A stretch of DNA of 50,597 nt from an uncultured Streptococcus sp. (GTDB taxonomy: Bacteria; Bacillota; Bacilli; Lactobacillales; Streptococcaceae): the NCBI GenBank assembly GCA_963527705.1, contig CAURTW010000001.1:1-50597 (forward strand), in the 5' to 3' direction. A model generated the notes under the pieces. That model did not search any database, had not been told where the DNA came from, and saw only the letters and a list, made by a program, of their open reading frames with translations. A program made the position numbers and the translations under genes. Positions within the stretch are counted from its first letter, which is position 1. Each line of letters starts with the position of its first letter. This document shows positions 29,489 to 39,584 of this stretch, one piece after another.

Positions 29489-32068
29489 TCACAAACTATA
29501 TTTTTTATGTAGAGTAGTCGCAAATTTCCTTATTGCAGTATTAAGTTCTTGTTTATAGATCAATTTAATTTTGTTATTCTTGAGAGGATACTCTTCATAA
29601 TTTGCTGTGTCTTTTAGAGCCGTTTCTCCAAATTGTTTTTCATTTTTATTTTCAACATCAAAATTTAGTACATAAAAAGTCAACGCTTGGCTATCAACTG
29701 CCCATGTTTTAGCAAATTCATTGATTTCTTTTTCAATGTTTTTTGCCTCAACATAATTTACTTTATCTACATCTTCGGAGTGTTTTAATTTATTTTCAGA
29801 AATATACTTTAAAATCGCATCAAAGACATCATTTTTTGTTTCAAAAGATATTTTTTTAGTATTAGTATTTTCTCGATTATCTTCAATACTTTCTTCTCCC
29901 CTACTTATCTTATGATTATTTATATAAGTAAAGCCTAAAGTACCTTTCGAGTCTTTGTCTTTCTTATTTTCTATATTTCTAATCTCCTCACGCTTTTTAT
30001 CATTTGCTTCTTGTTGTATGTTTTGTGCATCAACCCACATATTTAACAGTGACATCTCTTCGCCATTATATGTAATATATCTAAGATTAGGAACAACATC
30101 AAATATTAATTTTTGACTATCATCAAAAACTGATATTTCTATTTCAATCAGATTGGATAAATATTGGGTTTTATCTGTTTGATTATTATCATCAAACTTA
30201 AATAACGATGAAAATCTACAAGTATCGGTCTCTCCTTTTATTTCATTTGTTTTCTCTGACAAAGATACACCAAGCAATTTTAAGCATCTAATTTTTGGCG
30301 AGAGAATAATTCCAGTGATAATTGGATCCACATCTACTTCCTGAGCATCAAGAATGAATGTTGACACATTGGGAAAGTAAATATCGTAACCAAACTCACT
30401 ATTTTCTGGATAATCCAATTCAATATAGCGACTATTACTAACAAAATTTAGCAAAGAATAATCTATCTTAATATTTTCATTTTCACGAATTATTATTTTT
30501 TTCAAAGTATTACTAATTATATTTTTAGAAGCAATGATATTTACTATATGTTCCTCAATGATATTGTTTTTACACATTTCAAAATATTCAATAGTCTGAA
30601 GCTGACTGATATCAATCTCAACGTTTTCAACACCATCACAATAAATTACACAATTACTAATTTTTATTTTTCTACATTTTTCAGTACTTGAAATTAAATT
30701 TTTTAGTTTCTCAATACTTAACGATGAGTTTGTAATTTCAATAGATTCACTATTTTTTATACATTCAATAAACTCTTTCATATCAAACAACTCATCCAAA
30801 AGCAACCTATCATCAGATTTTGCTCCAACTCCATCAATTATTACATGAAGTTTTTCATTGTATGTTTCTTTTATATCTAAAAAACTTAAAATCTTTTTTA
30901 AAGATTCGCACTCTATAATACTCGATATTTTTAAATATTGAAACTGATTGAATATAAAAAGTTTATTAGTCAGTATGAATTTGTCAAAAGGATATATTAT
31001 CGGCAAAGATACATTGAACATTCTTTTCAATAATTCAATATCATTATTGTCCAGCTGAATTGAAGTAGTATTATTGCCTCCAAATTCTAAATTTTTTTCA
31101 CTATCTTTAACCAAAATATCATAGAATGGTACTAAAACTATTTTTTCTAAGATATCGGTATTCAAAATTTTATTAATCTTTTGTAATTTGATTAGATAAT
31201 CATTACCAAAATAAAACAAATAAATTCTTTTTGATTTTTCAAATATTTTTGACAAGAATGGCAAATCACTTCCATAAATAGAGTGACCTATAATATAGGT
31301 ATCAACTGAATTTTTCTTATATTTCTTTATTTTCTCTATCAATTGACTGCGTTTCTCAAATAAAGACGTATCTTTTTTTATTCGAATCAGTTTGTCATTG
31401 TCCATAGAACCTGGAACATTAAACCCGCTGTACTCTTCATTCCCAGTGAATCCACCTCCAAAAATAATGTTCTTATCAAATAAAGATCCGTGTACTTGAA
31501 AGTATTTTTGATTGCTATTATTCCCAGTTTGAACTAAGTTTAAATCATATAAAGTACTTGTATAATTAAAGTTAATTACGTCAGCATTTTTAAATATATT
31601 TTTATAAACCTCATTAACTACCAAACTGCTTTTATTATTTCTTTGAACTCTGTATGAATTATGCCATTTCTCGTAAAAATCAGACAAATAGGACGAAAAT
31701 AAGTCTTCTAACTCTTTAAGATACGCATTTATTTCGGTAACACTATATATACTCCTGATTTCATCGTCACTATTATAAGTTATCTCATTAATTTCTTTAA
31801 TATGATTTTCAAAAATTGACTCTAAATCGTTCCAATTTAATGATTTTCCATCAAATTTTTGTAAAAATAATTTATTAAAATTATAAATATCTTCATTTGT
31901 TTCAAGTTTCTCTTCAACCCTTAAATACTCTACAAAATTATTATACGAACTTTTTATCCCCACACTGATATCAAATCCGTTACCTACTATAATCATTTTA
32001 GGATTATTTGAATTAGCATTGATTACATCAAAGTCTGCTAATTCGTTTTCAATAATATCTTCAGACAT
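29489..32068 (-). CDS. AbiH/SIR2-like domain protein with LRR-like middle region and HsdR-C-terminal-like tail
   Basis: N-terminal IIVGNGFDISVGIKSSY, INFNYT, QVHGS and IIGHS...D motifs. C-terminal 82 aa align with the HsdR C-terminus. Strongly AT-rich. Confidence 0.8.
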   Translation of the reverse strand: MSEDIIENELADFDVINANSNNPKMIIVGNGFDISVGIKSSYNNFVEYLRVEEKLETNEDIYNFNKLFLQKFDGKSLNWNDLESIFENHIKEINEITYNSDDEIRSIYSVTEINAYLKELEDLFSSYLSDFYEKWHNSYRVQRNNKSSLVVNEVYKNIFKNADVINFNYTSTLYDLNLVQTGNNSNQKYFQVHGSLFDKNIIFGGGFTGNEEYSGFNVPGSMDNDKLIRIKKDTSLFEKRSQLIEKIKKYKKNSVDTYIIGHSIYGSDLPFLSKIFEKSKRIYLFYFGNDYLIKLQKINKILNTDILEKIVLVPFYDILVKDSEKNLEFGGNNTTSIQLDNNDIELLKRMFNVSLPIIYPFDKFILTNKLFIFNQFQYLKISSIIECESLKKILSFLDIKETYNEKLHVIIDGVGAKSDDRLLLDELFDMKEFIECIKNSESIEITNSSLSIEKLKNLISSTEKCRKIKISNCVIYCDGVENVEIDISQLQTIEYFEMCKNNIIEEHIVNIIASKNIISNTLKKIIIRENENIKIDYSLLNFVSNSRYIELDYPENSEFGYDIYFPNVSTFILDAQEVDVDPIITGIILSPKIRCLKLLGVSLSEKTNEIKGETDTCRFSSLFKFDDNNQTDKTQYLSNLIEIEISVFDDSQKLIFDVVPNLRYITYNGEEMSLLNMWVDAQNIQQEANDKKREEIRNIENKKDKDSKGTLGFTYINNHKISRGEESIEDNRENTNTKKISFETKNDVFDAILKYISENKLKHSEDVDKVNYVEAKNIEKEINEFAKTWAVDSQALTFYVLNFDVENKNEKQFGETALKDTANYEEYPLKNNKIKLIYKQELNTAIRKFATTLHKKYSL

Positions 32069-32206
32069 TTATATGAATACCTCTCTATTTAGTTCTTAAT
32101 TACTCTAATAAATAACTTCGACTAAACTATTATATTTATTTAAGCTCCGATTATTGTATTTTTAACTGAGAAATCTAAACAAGTGTTTAACTACAGTTTT
32201 AAAACT

Positions 32207-35197
32207 CTATCTCCCCACTCTGAGTGGGTCAATGACTTCTTCAACAAGTTGCTTACAAGCCTCCTTGATTTGTTTTTTATAGAGGAGGGGATTGAGGGCG
32301 TCCGCCACCTCTAGTTTATAGTCTTGATAGCGCTGGCTCTTGGTCAGCTGGCTTTCTCCTAGTTGTTTTTTAGCTCCCTTACGGTAGTGTTCGACATAGT
32401 AACGGAGTTCATCCTCGCCGACATACCAGCGCTTGCTAAAGACTTGGATGTGTTGCTGGATGACAGCCTCTATCATCTGATCCAAAATATTTGCGATAGA
32501 CTGACCACGATAGCTTTCCGGATGTTCTTGTACCTCTCTCCAAAGTTCAGTGATGATCTGGGCAAGATTTGGATTGGTCTTCTCAAGACTCTGAATATAG
32601 TTATTCACCGCTTCCTTATCTTGAGCGCTTAGGTTCTTTTCTTGACTCTGGCCTTGCTCAATCAAGCTTTGGATCAAGGTTAAGATATAGGCATAGTTGA
32701 TTTCGTCTACTTGGATAGACTCCAGTTCATAGTGGATATCAAGTGGCTCTCCATCGTCATCATCCTCTACTCGGCTTTTTAATTCTGCAAGGACATTTCG
32801 ATAAAGTCCCAGATACCTTTCCAACTTTTCTCCATCAAGTCCCATCTGACTGTAAAGCTCTTCCTCATCATACTCTTTATACACTCGGATAGAGGCTAGG
32901 TATTTATCAAAGGCTTGATAGGTTTTAGCTAGTTTCCTCAACTCAGGCGTAGAGACTTGCTCAAAATCTAGACCATTCACATAGTCATCAGTAACAAGAT
33001 TTTTGAAATCACTGCAACTCCGTAAAAAGTTCCTCTTTTCCTCTTCCCAACTCGGGGCTAGGACCTCGTTTTCACCACCATTTGAGTAGAGCTTGAGGGC
33101 ATTATCTACTGCTTCCTTAAAGGCTAGAGGCTTTTGGAAGGTGATGATATGACCATAGGTCTTACTGCTATCAAAAATACGGTTGGTTCGGCTAAAGGCC
33201 TGTATCAAGTCCTGCGGTTGCATGGGTTTGCGGTCAATAAAGAGAGTCGATAGACAAGGCGCATCAAATCCCGTTAAGAGACGATTGACAACGATGACTA
33301 AGTCCAACTGCTCCTTGCGATAGAGGTATTTATCCTGCTTTCGAGCTAGACGGTTATTGACATCCGTATTAAAGCCACGCAGATCCGCCATGGTAAAGTG
33401 GGTATCAAACTCTTGGTTGTAGTCCTCCATGACCTGCTTCATGTGGTCTTGGTAGCCGATGGATTCTTCCTCATTTTCAGACACCGAGTAAGTGATGGTA
33501 AACTTTGGAAAATCTGGCAAATGGCGTTTGACCCGCTCGGAGACCTTGACCCGCTCCTTGCCAGCGAGTATGCTCTTGAGCAGATTATAATAAGCCTGTG
33601 CTCGTGGGATGGACTTGACTGTCAAGATAGCCTCATAGCTCTTTCCGACCCCTTTAGGGATATTGAGCTGTTGCTGACTCTTATTGAGGATGGCATCTAG
33701 AACCTCTAGCATGTGCTCCTTGTCCTCATAGGCCTGGTCTGGAATCTCTTCTTCTAGGAGATCTGAGATGATGGTATTGCGGTAGTCGACCTTAAAGCCC
33801 AGAACCGCTCCATCATGAATGGCTTCCTTGACCGTGTACTCATGGAGACGGTCACCGTACTGTTGCTGGGTGGTTTGGGCAAGGTCTCCCACCTGCTGGC
33901 GTTTATTTTCCTTAAAGATGGGTGTGCCTGTAAATCCATACCAGAGGGACTGAGGGAAAAAGGATTTAATGTCTTTTTGTGTTTGTGGAGTCACGGCACG
34001 GTGGCATTCATCCACGACAAAGGCCACTCGGAGACCCTTGATTTTGTCCGCATCTCTTTGGTAAATTCCTTGTTCAAACTTGCGCATCATGGTGGTGATT
34101 TTCTGGATAGTGGTCACCACCACACGCTTATCATTACTTCCTAAACGCTTGACCAAATCATGGGTATTATCTGTCTCATCGATATCAATGACATCATTGG
34201 TCGCATAGGAGAGAAATGATGAGGTAGTCTGTTGGTCCAAGTCCCTGCGGTCAACGACAAAAATTGTTTTTTGGATAGAAGGAATCTGAAGGAGATTCCT
34301 CGCTACCTTATAGGAAGTCAGAGTCTTTCCTGAACCTGTCGTATGCCAGACATAGCCTGATGCTTGCTGGCGAGAGGCTTCTTGAACTGCTTCGATTGCG
34401 TGGATCTGATAGGGGCGCAAGAGGATGAGAGATTTCTTGCTATCATCAATAACAGAATACTGCATGACCATCTGATGGGCACGAGGGATAGAAAGGACTT
34501 CGTGGGCAAAGCTAGTCAGATTTGTCACAGGATGATTGTTCTTATCCACCCACTTGGTTAGAAATTGCTTGTTAAGTTTATTTTCACGAGCTGCAGCGAT
34601 ATAGCGAGTATCAACCTTGTTGGTCACAACAAACATCTGCAAGCTAGAGTAGATACCACGGAATTTCCCTTCACGGTCATATTTTTTTATCTGATGAAAA
34701 GCATCGATAAATGCTGCTTGGGAGCTCTTGAGCTCGATTTGAATCATAGGTAAGCCGTTGATGAGGAGAGTAACATCCAGTCTACGGTCTTGATCCAGAG
34801 GATTTACTTTTTCTCGTTGGACTTGATTGACAACTTCATAGCTAGACTTTCCAGCTGCGATATTGTCTCGCCAGATAACGGATAATCGGATGGTTCCTAG
34901 GCTTGCATCCTCTCTTTGAACCTCGACTTTGGCAATGCCGTTTTCACCGACCAACCACTTGGCAGCATCGTAGTAGCTGATAAAGTTGAGTTGGTTTTTT
35001 ATCTGGCGTTTTTCCTGCTCTGTCAAAGGATGGTCTGCTAGTAGGGCTACGTTGTTTTGGGCTAGTTTCTCAAAGAAGTTCTCCCATAGTTGTTCTTCTG
35101 TTTTTAGGTCTTCTCGATAAGTCCATTGACTTTCCCCAGTTACCAGTTGGTTAATCAGTTGTTTTTCTATTTCCAGTTCTGGTTTTACCTGCATCAT
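32207..35197 (-). CDS. hsdR: Type I R-M restriction subunit (EcoR124I-like)
   Basis: Nuclease [15 protein letters not shown] and QIKKY, Walker [26 protein letters not shown] and QAFSRTNR. Confidence 0.96.
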   Translation of the reverse strand: MMQVKPELEIEKQLINQLVTGESQWTYREDLKTEEQLWENFFEKLAQNNVALLADHPLTEQEKRQIKNQLNFISYYDAAKWLVGENGIAKVEVQREDASLGTIRLSVIWRDNIAAGKSSYEVVNQVQREKVNPLDQDRRLDVTLLINGLPMIQIELKSSQAAFIDAFHQIKKYDREGKFRGIYSSLQMFVVTNKVDTRYIAAARENKLNKQFLTKWVDKNNHPVTNLTSFAHEVLSIPRAHQMVMQYSVIDDSKKSLILLRPYQIHAIEAVQEASRQQASGYVWHTTGSGKTLTSYKVARNLLQIPSIQKTIFVVDRRDLDQQTTSSFLSYATNDVIDIDETDNTHDLVKRLGSNDKRVVVTTIQKITTMMRKFEQGIYQRDADKIKGLRVAFVVDECHRAVTPQTQKDIKSFFPQSLWYGFTGTPIFKENKRQQVGDLAQTTQQQYGDRLHEYTVKEAIHDGAVLGFKVDYRNTIISDLLEEEIPDQAYEDKEHMLEVLDAILNKSQQQLNIPKGVGKSYEAILTVKSIPRAQAYYNLLKSILAGKERVKVSERVKRHLPDFPKFTITYSVSENEEESIGYQDHMKQVMEDYNQEFDTHFTMADLRGFNTDVNNRLARKQDKYLYRKEQLDLVIVVNRLLTGFDAPCLSTLFIDRKPMQPQDLIQAFSRTNRIFDSSKTYGHIITFQKPLAFKEAVDNALKLYSNGGENEVLAPSWEEEKRNFLRSCSDFKNLVTDDYVNGLDFEQVSTPELRKLAKTYQAFDKYLASIRVYKEYDEEELYSQMGLDGEKLERYLGLYRNVLAELKSRVEDDDDGEPLDIHYELESIQVDEINYAYILTLIQSLIEQGQSQEKNLSAQDKEAVNNYIQSLEKTNPNLAQIITELWREVQEHPESYRGQSIANILDQMIEAVIQQHIQVFSKRWYVGEDELRYYVEHYRKGAKKQLGESQLTKSQRYQDYKLEVADALNPLLYKKQIKEACKQLVEEVIDPLRVGR

Positions 35198-35344
35198 ACT
35201 CTCTCCTTTGCTACATGTCTGCTCCCTTTATTATAGCATGTTTAAGCTCAAAATCCATCACTCTTCCCATAGCAAAAAGACTCATTCCCCCTTTCTCCTC
35301 CAAAATATGGTATAGTAGAGTTATACTATCTATGAGGAGTTTAC

Positions 35345-35962
35345 ATGTCACAGGATAAACAAATGAAAGCTGTTTCTCCCCTTTTACAGCAAGTTATCAA
35401 CATCTCATCGATTGTCGGTGGGGTTGGGAGTTTAATTTTCTGTATTTGGGCTTATCAGGCTGGAATTTTACAGTCTAAGGAAACCCTCTCTGCCTTTATC
35501 CAGCAGGCAGGTATCTGGGGGCCACCTCTCTTTATTTTTTTACAGATTTTACAGACTGTCGTCCCTATCATTCCTGGGGCTTTGACCTCGGTGGCTGGGG
35601 TCTTTATCTACGGTCACATCATCGGGACTATCTACAACTATATCGGCATCGTGATTGGCTGTGCCATTATCTTTTATCTGGTGCGCCTCTATGGGGCTGC
35701 CTTTGTCCAATCTGTCGTCAGCAAACGCACCTATGACAAGTATATCGGTTGGTTAGATAAGGGCAATCGTTTTGACCGTTTCTTTATTTTTATGATGATT
35801 TGGCCCATTAGTCCAGCTGACTTTCTCTGTATGCTGGCTGCCCTGACCAAGATGAGCTTCAAGCGCTATATGACCATCATCATTCTGACCAAACCCTTTA
35901 CCCTCGTGGTTTATACCTACGGTCTGACCTATATTATTGACTTTTTCTGGCAAATGCTTTGA
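35345..35962 (+). CDS. TVP38/TMEM64 (DedA/SNARE-associated) membrane protein
   Basis: LQTVVPIIPG and PISPADFL motifs, hydrophobic. Confidence 0.85.
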   Translation: MSQDKQMKAVSPLLQQVINISSIVGGVGSLIFCIWAYQAGILQSKETLSAFIQQAGIWGPPLFIFLQILQTVVPIIPGALTSVAGVFIYGHIIGTIYNYIGIVIGCAIIFYLVRLYGAAFVQSVVSKRTYDKYIGWLDKGNRFDRFFIFMMIWPISPADFLCMLAALTKMSFKRYMTIIILTKPFTLVVYTYGLTYIIDFFWQML

Positions 35963-35969
35963 CACTTAA

Positions 35970-35999
35970 AAAATCCGTTTGGTTTCCCAAGCGGATTTT
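35970..35999 (+). terminator. Hairpin terminator, copy 1 of identical 30-mer
   Basis: aaaatccgtttggtttcccaagcggatttt, directly after the TVP38 stop. Confidence 0.75.
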
Positions 36000-36246
36000 T
36001 AGAGCGTAGATTGATTATAGCTTGATACTAAATATACTTTGGTATGGAAATCATTCCTATTTTTCGATAGTGAGGCGAGGACTTACCTAGCCTTTTCGCC
36101 GTGATAGAAACACCTGAAATCTAATGGTTTCAGGTGTTCGGAAACTTTGAGACATTAGGCTCAAAGTTTAGGTATGGAATTTCGAAGAAAGTCGCTACCG
36201 TCCGTAATCACTTAAGGAAAGGCTCAAAAATATTGTTTTCAACCAC

Positions 36247-36276
36247 AAAATCCGTTTGGTTTCCCAAGCGGATTTT
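36247..36276 (-). terminator. Hairpin terminator, copy 2 of identical 30-mer
   Basis: Same 30-mer, directly after the scrK stop. Confidence 0.75.
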
Positions 36277-36281
36277 GTGCT

Positions 36282-37169
36282 TTATTTTGAAACTTCTTTT
36301 GCAAGAACAAAGTTTCCAAGAGTGGCAGAACCATTTCCTGCGACTGCTGGCGTTACAATGTAATCACGCACATCTGGTACTGGTAGGTAACCGTTGAGAA
36401 GAGCTGTAAATTTCTCACGGACACGGTCCAGCATATGTTGTTGAGCCATGACCCCTCCACCAAAGACAATCACGTCTGGGCGGAAAGTCACTGTCGCATT
36501 AACCGCAGCTTGAGCGATATAGTAGGCTTGAACATCCCAAACAGGGTTGTTGAGTTCAATATTTTCCCCACGTACACCTGTACGAGCTTCCAAACTTGGA
36601 CCAGCTGCATAGCCTTCCAGACATCCCTTATGGAAAGGACAAACACCCTTAAACTCTTTTTCAATATCCATTGGGTGTCTAGCAACATAATAATGACCCA
36701 TCTCAGGGTGACCCACACCACCGATAAACTCACCACGTTGGATAACACCTGCACCGATACCTGTACCGATTGTGTAGTAAACCAAGTTTTCGATACGGCC
36801 ACCAGCATTGTTACGGGCAACCACTTCACCATAGGCAGAGCTGTTTACGTCTGTAGTGAAGTACATTGGCACGTTGAGGGCGCGACGAAGGGCACCAAGC
36901 AAGTCCACATTTGCCCAGTTTGGTTTTGGAGTTGTTGTGATAAAGCCATAGGTTTTTGAGTTTTTATCAATATCAATCGGACCAAATGAACCAACTGCAA
37001 GACCAGCAAGGTTATCGAATTTCGAGAAGAACTCGATGGTTTTATCGATTGTTTCGATTGGAGTTGTTGTTGGAAATTGTGTTTTTTCTACAACGTTAAA
37101 GTTTTCATCACCGACAGCACAGACAAACTTTGTACCGCCTGCTTCCAAGCTTCCATATAATTTTGTCAT
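36282..37169 (-). CDS. scrK: Fructokinase (ROK family)
   Basis: EAGGTK, TTDVN, GTGIG, EMGH and CPFHKGCLEG motifs, in the sucrose cluster. Confidence 0.93.
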   Translation of the reverse strand: MTKLYGSLEAGGTKFVCAVGDENFNVVEKTQFPTTTPIETIDKTIEFFSKFDNLAGLAVGSFGPIDIDKNSKTYGFITTTPKPNWANVDLLGALRRALNVPMYFTTDVNSSAYGEVVARNNAGGRIENLVYYTIGTGIGAGVIQRGEFIGGVGHPEMGHYYVARHPMDIEKEFKGVCPFHKGCLEGYAAGPSLEARTGVRGENIELNNPVWDVQAYYIAQAAVNATVTFRPDVIVFGGGVMAQQHMLDRVREKFTALLNGYLPVPDVRDYIVTPAVAGNGSATLGNFVLAKEVSK

Positions 37170-37269
37170 GATAAACCTCTTGTTTTTATTTTCTTTATTA
37201 TAGCATATTTCGAAAGGCTAAATTTCTCTATTTTTTAGATTTTCCTCTGTAAATCTTACCATTCAAGCA

Positions 37270-37300
37270 AAAACGAACAAACATGTCATTTGTTCGTTTT
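37270..37300 (-). terminator. Hairpin after scrA
   Basis: aaaacgaacaaa...tttgttcgtttt inverted repeat. Confidence 0.65.
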
Positions 37301-37317
37301 CATTTTGAGAGGATTAA

Positions 37318-39204
37318 TTAGATTTTCACTTCAATAACAGCATCTCCCTTCGCAACTGAACCTGTTGCGACTGGAGCTACTGAAGCGTAGTCAGCTGTAT
37401 TTGTAACGATAACCATTGTTGTATCATCAAGACCAGCTGCAGCGATTTTGTTTGAGTCAAATGTTCCTAGAACATCGCCAGCTTTAACCTTATCACCTTG
37501 AGCAACTTTTGCTTCAAAACCGTCACCGTTCATTGTTACAGTGTCGATACCAACGTGAATCAAAACTTCAGCACCATCAGTTGTTTTCAAACCAAAAGCA
37601 TGTCCTGTTGGAAAGGCAATTGAAACTTCAGCATCAGCTGGTGCATATACCACACCTTGACTTGGTTTCACAGCGATACCTTGCCCCATAGCTCCGCTTG
37701 AGAAGACTGGGTCATTGACATCAGCAAGAGCGACAACATCACCAACAATAGGAGTTACAAGTGTTTCATTTTGAAGAGCTGCTGGAATGTTACCAGTTGT
37801 TTCTTCTTGGACCAAACGTTCTGTCTCTACTTCAGTAGCAACTTCTTTTTCATCCTCATAACCAAACATGTAAGTAAGAGCAAAACCAAGTGCAAATGAT
37901 ACAGCTACCATAAGAAGGTATAGTGGAAGTTGTCCATTACCGATGTAAAGCATTGTACCAGGGATGATAGTGATACCACTACCAGTACCAGCAAGTCCAA
38001 GGATTGAAGCCAATCCACCACCGATTGCACCAGCAATCAATGAAAGGAAGAATGGTTTACGGAAACGCAAGTTCACCCCGAAGATAGCAGGCTCTGTAAT
38101 ACCGAGGAAGGCAGAAAGAGCAGCTGGGAAAGCAAGTGTTTTCAGTTTTGGATTTTTAGTTTTAACACCAACCGCAACAGTCGCAGCACCTTGGGCTGTC
38201 ATAGCCGCAGTGATGATCGCGTTGAATGGATTAGCATGGTCAGCAGCAAGCAATTGCACTTCAAGCAAGTTGAAGATGTGGTGCACACCTGACACGACAA
38301 TCAATTGGTGAACCCCACCAATCAAGAAACCACCAAGACCAAATGGCAAGCCAAGAATCGCTTTTGTACCGATAAGGATGTAGTTCTCAACAACATGGAA
38401 GACTGGTCCGATGACAAAGAGTCCAAGGATAGACATCACCAAAAGTGTCACGAATGGCGTCACCAAGAGATCCAAGACATCTGGAACCACTTTGCGGAGA
38501 GCTTTTTCAAACTTGGCTCCGACCACCCCAATGATGAAGGCTGGAAGAACGGAACCTTGCAAACCAACAACAGGAATGAAGCCAAAGAAGTTCATAGCTG
38601 TTACTTCACCACCTGATGCTACAGCCCAGGCGTTTGGAAGCGAATCAGAAACCAGCATCATACCGAGGACGATACCAACGGCTGGATTTCCACCGAATAC
38701 GCGGAAGGTTGACCATACAACCAAACCTGGCAAGATGATGAAGGCTGTATCTGTCAAGATTTGAGTATATGTTGTCACGTCAGCTGGAAGTGTCATTCCA
38801 AGAGCAGTCAAGAGACCACGCACACCCATGAAGAGACCAGTTGCTACGATAACTGGGATGATTGGTACAAAGACGTCACCGAAAGTACGGATAGCACGTT
38901 GGAACCAATTTCCTTGTTTAGCAGCTTCTGCTTTCATGTCATCTTTAGATGATGTTGGCAAACCAAGTGCAACAACTTCATCGTACATTTTGTTAACTGT
39001 ACCTGTACCAAAGATGATTTGGTATTGACCTGAGTTAAAGAAAGCACCTTGAACTTTTTCCAAGTTCTCAATCACTTCTTTATTGATTTTTCCTTCATCT
39101 TTGACCATGACACGAAGACGAGTCGCACAGTGGGCAACACTGTTGACATTTTCACGTCCGCCCAAGGCATCGATGACTTTTTTTGCAATTTCCTGATTGT
39201 TCAT
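37318..39204 (-). CDS. scrA: Sucrose PTS EIIBCA
   Basis: HCATRLR (EIIB), GITEPAIFG (EIIC), HVGIDT (EIIA). Start MNNQ at 39204. Confidence 0.95.
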   Translation of the reverse strand: MNNQEIAKKVIDALGGRENVNSVAHCATRLRVMVKDEGKINKEVIENLEKVQGAFFNSGQYQIIFGTGTVNKMYDEVVALGLPTSSKDDMKAEAAKQGNWFQRAIRTFGDVFVPIIPVIVATGLFMGVRGLLTALGMTLPADVTTYTQILTDTAFIILPGLVVWSTFRVFGGNPAVGIVLGMMLVSDSLPNAWAVASGGEVTAMNFFGFIPVVGLQGSVLPAFIIGVVGAKFEKALRKVVPDVLDLLVTPFVTLLVMSILGLFVIGPVFHVVENYILIGTKAILGLPFGLGGFLIGGVHQLIVVSGVHHIFNLLEVQLLAADHANPFNAIITAAMTAQGAATVAVGVKTKNPKLKTLAFPAALSAFLGITEPAIFGVNLRFRKPFFLSLIAGAIGGGLASILGLAGTGSGITIIPGTMLYIGNGQLPLYLLMVAVSFALGFALTYMFGYEDEKEVATEVETERLVQEETTGNIPAALQNETLVTPIVGDVVALADVNDPVFSSGAMGQGIAVKPSQGVVYAPADAEVSIAFPTGHAFGLKTTDGAEVLIHVGIDTVTMNGDGFEAKVAQGDKVKAGDVLGTFDSNKIAAAGLDDTTMVIVTNTADYASVAPVATGSVAKGDAVIEVKI

Positions 39205-39294
39205 TTGCAAAAATCTCCTTATATAAAATTTTGTTCTTGTTTGAAAGCGATTTTATCCGCCCTACGACTATTATTTTATCATGTTTTAGAAATA

Positions 39295-39310
39295 TGTCAA
39301 GCGTTTTGCA
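39295..39310. promoter_or_regulatory. Putative ScrR (LacI-type) operator at scrA promoter
   Basis: TGTCAAGCGTTTTGCA overlaps the minus-strand -35 TTGACA and resembles the site at 39479. Confidence 0.6.
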
Positions 39311-39478
39311 GAAAAAATATTCTATCCACTTAGTAAGCATGCTTTAGATTGATTGATTTTGACTGTTTTATCAGGTATTCCTTGAAAAAATAAGTTTAAA
39401 ATCTTGGTTAAAAAGGGTTTTGTTTCATTCTCTTTCATATTTTATTGAAAAGTGGATTGATTTCCTGCATTTATTTTG

Positions 39479-39494
39479 TGATAAACGTTTGACA
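39479..39494. promoter_or_regulatory. Putative ScrR operator at scrB promoter
   Basis: TGATAAACGTTTGACA, a LacI-type palindrome with central CG that contains TTGACA. Confidence 0.6.
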
Positions 39495-39584
39495 GTTTTT
39501 TCTCTTTTTTAACATAAAAGGCTTGCTTTTTTTTCCGAAAACGGTTACTATTAAAAGTGATAAGATTTTTGGAGGAATGAATGA

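Noticed and set aside
25000..35197. Phase-variable (ivr/tvr-type shufflon) Type I R-M system
   Set aside because: Only one complete hsdS, no silent TRD copies, no recombinase gene and no inverted repeats seen.
22952..35197. Island as prophage, ICE or transposon
   Set aside because: No integrase, transposase, relaxase or phage genes, and no att-like repeats spanning the whole island were noticed.
32139..35249. CiaR boxes at the TTTAAG hexamers
   Set aside because: CiaR needs TTTAAG-N5-TTTAAG direct repeats, and only single hexamers are present.
36134..36397. 87-aa ORF across the scrK 3' end
   Set aside because: It runs through a terminator and antisense into scrK, and has no motif.
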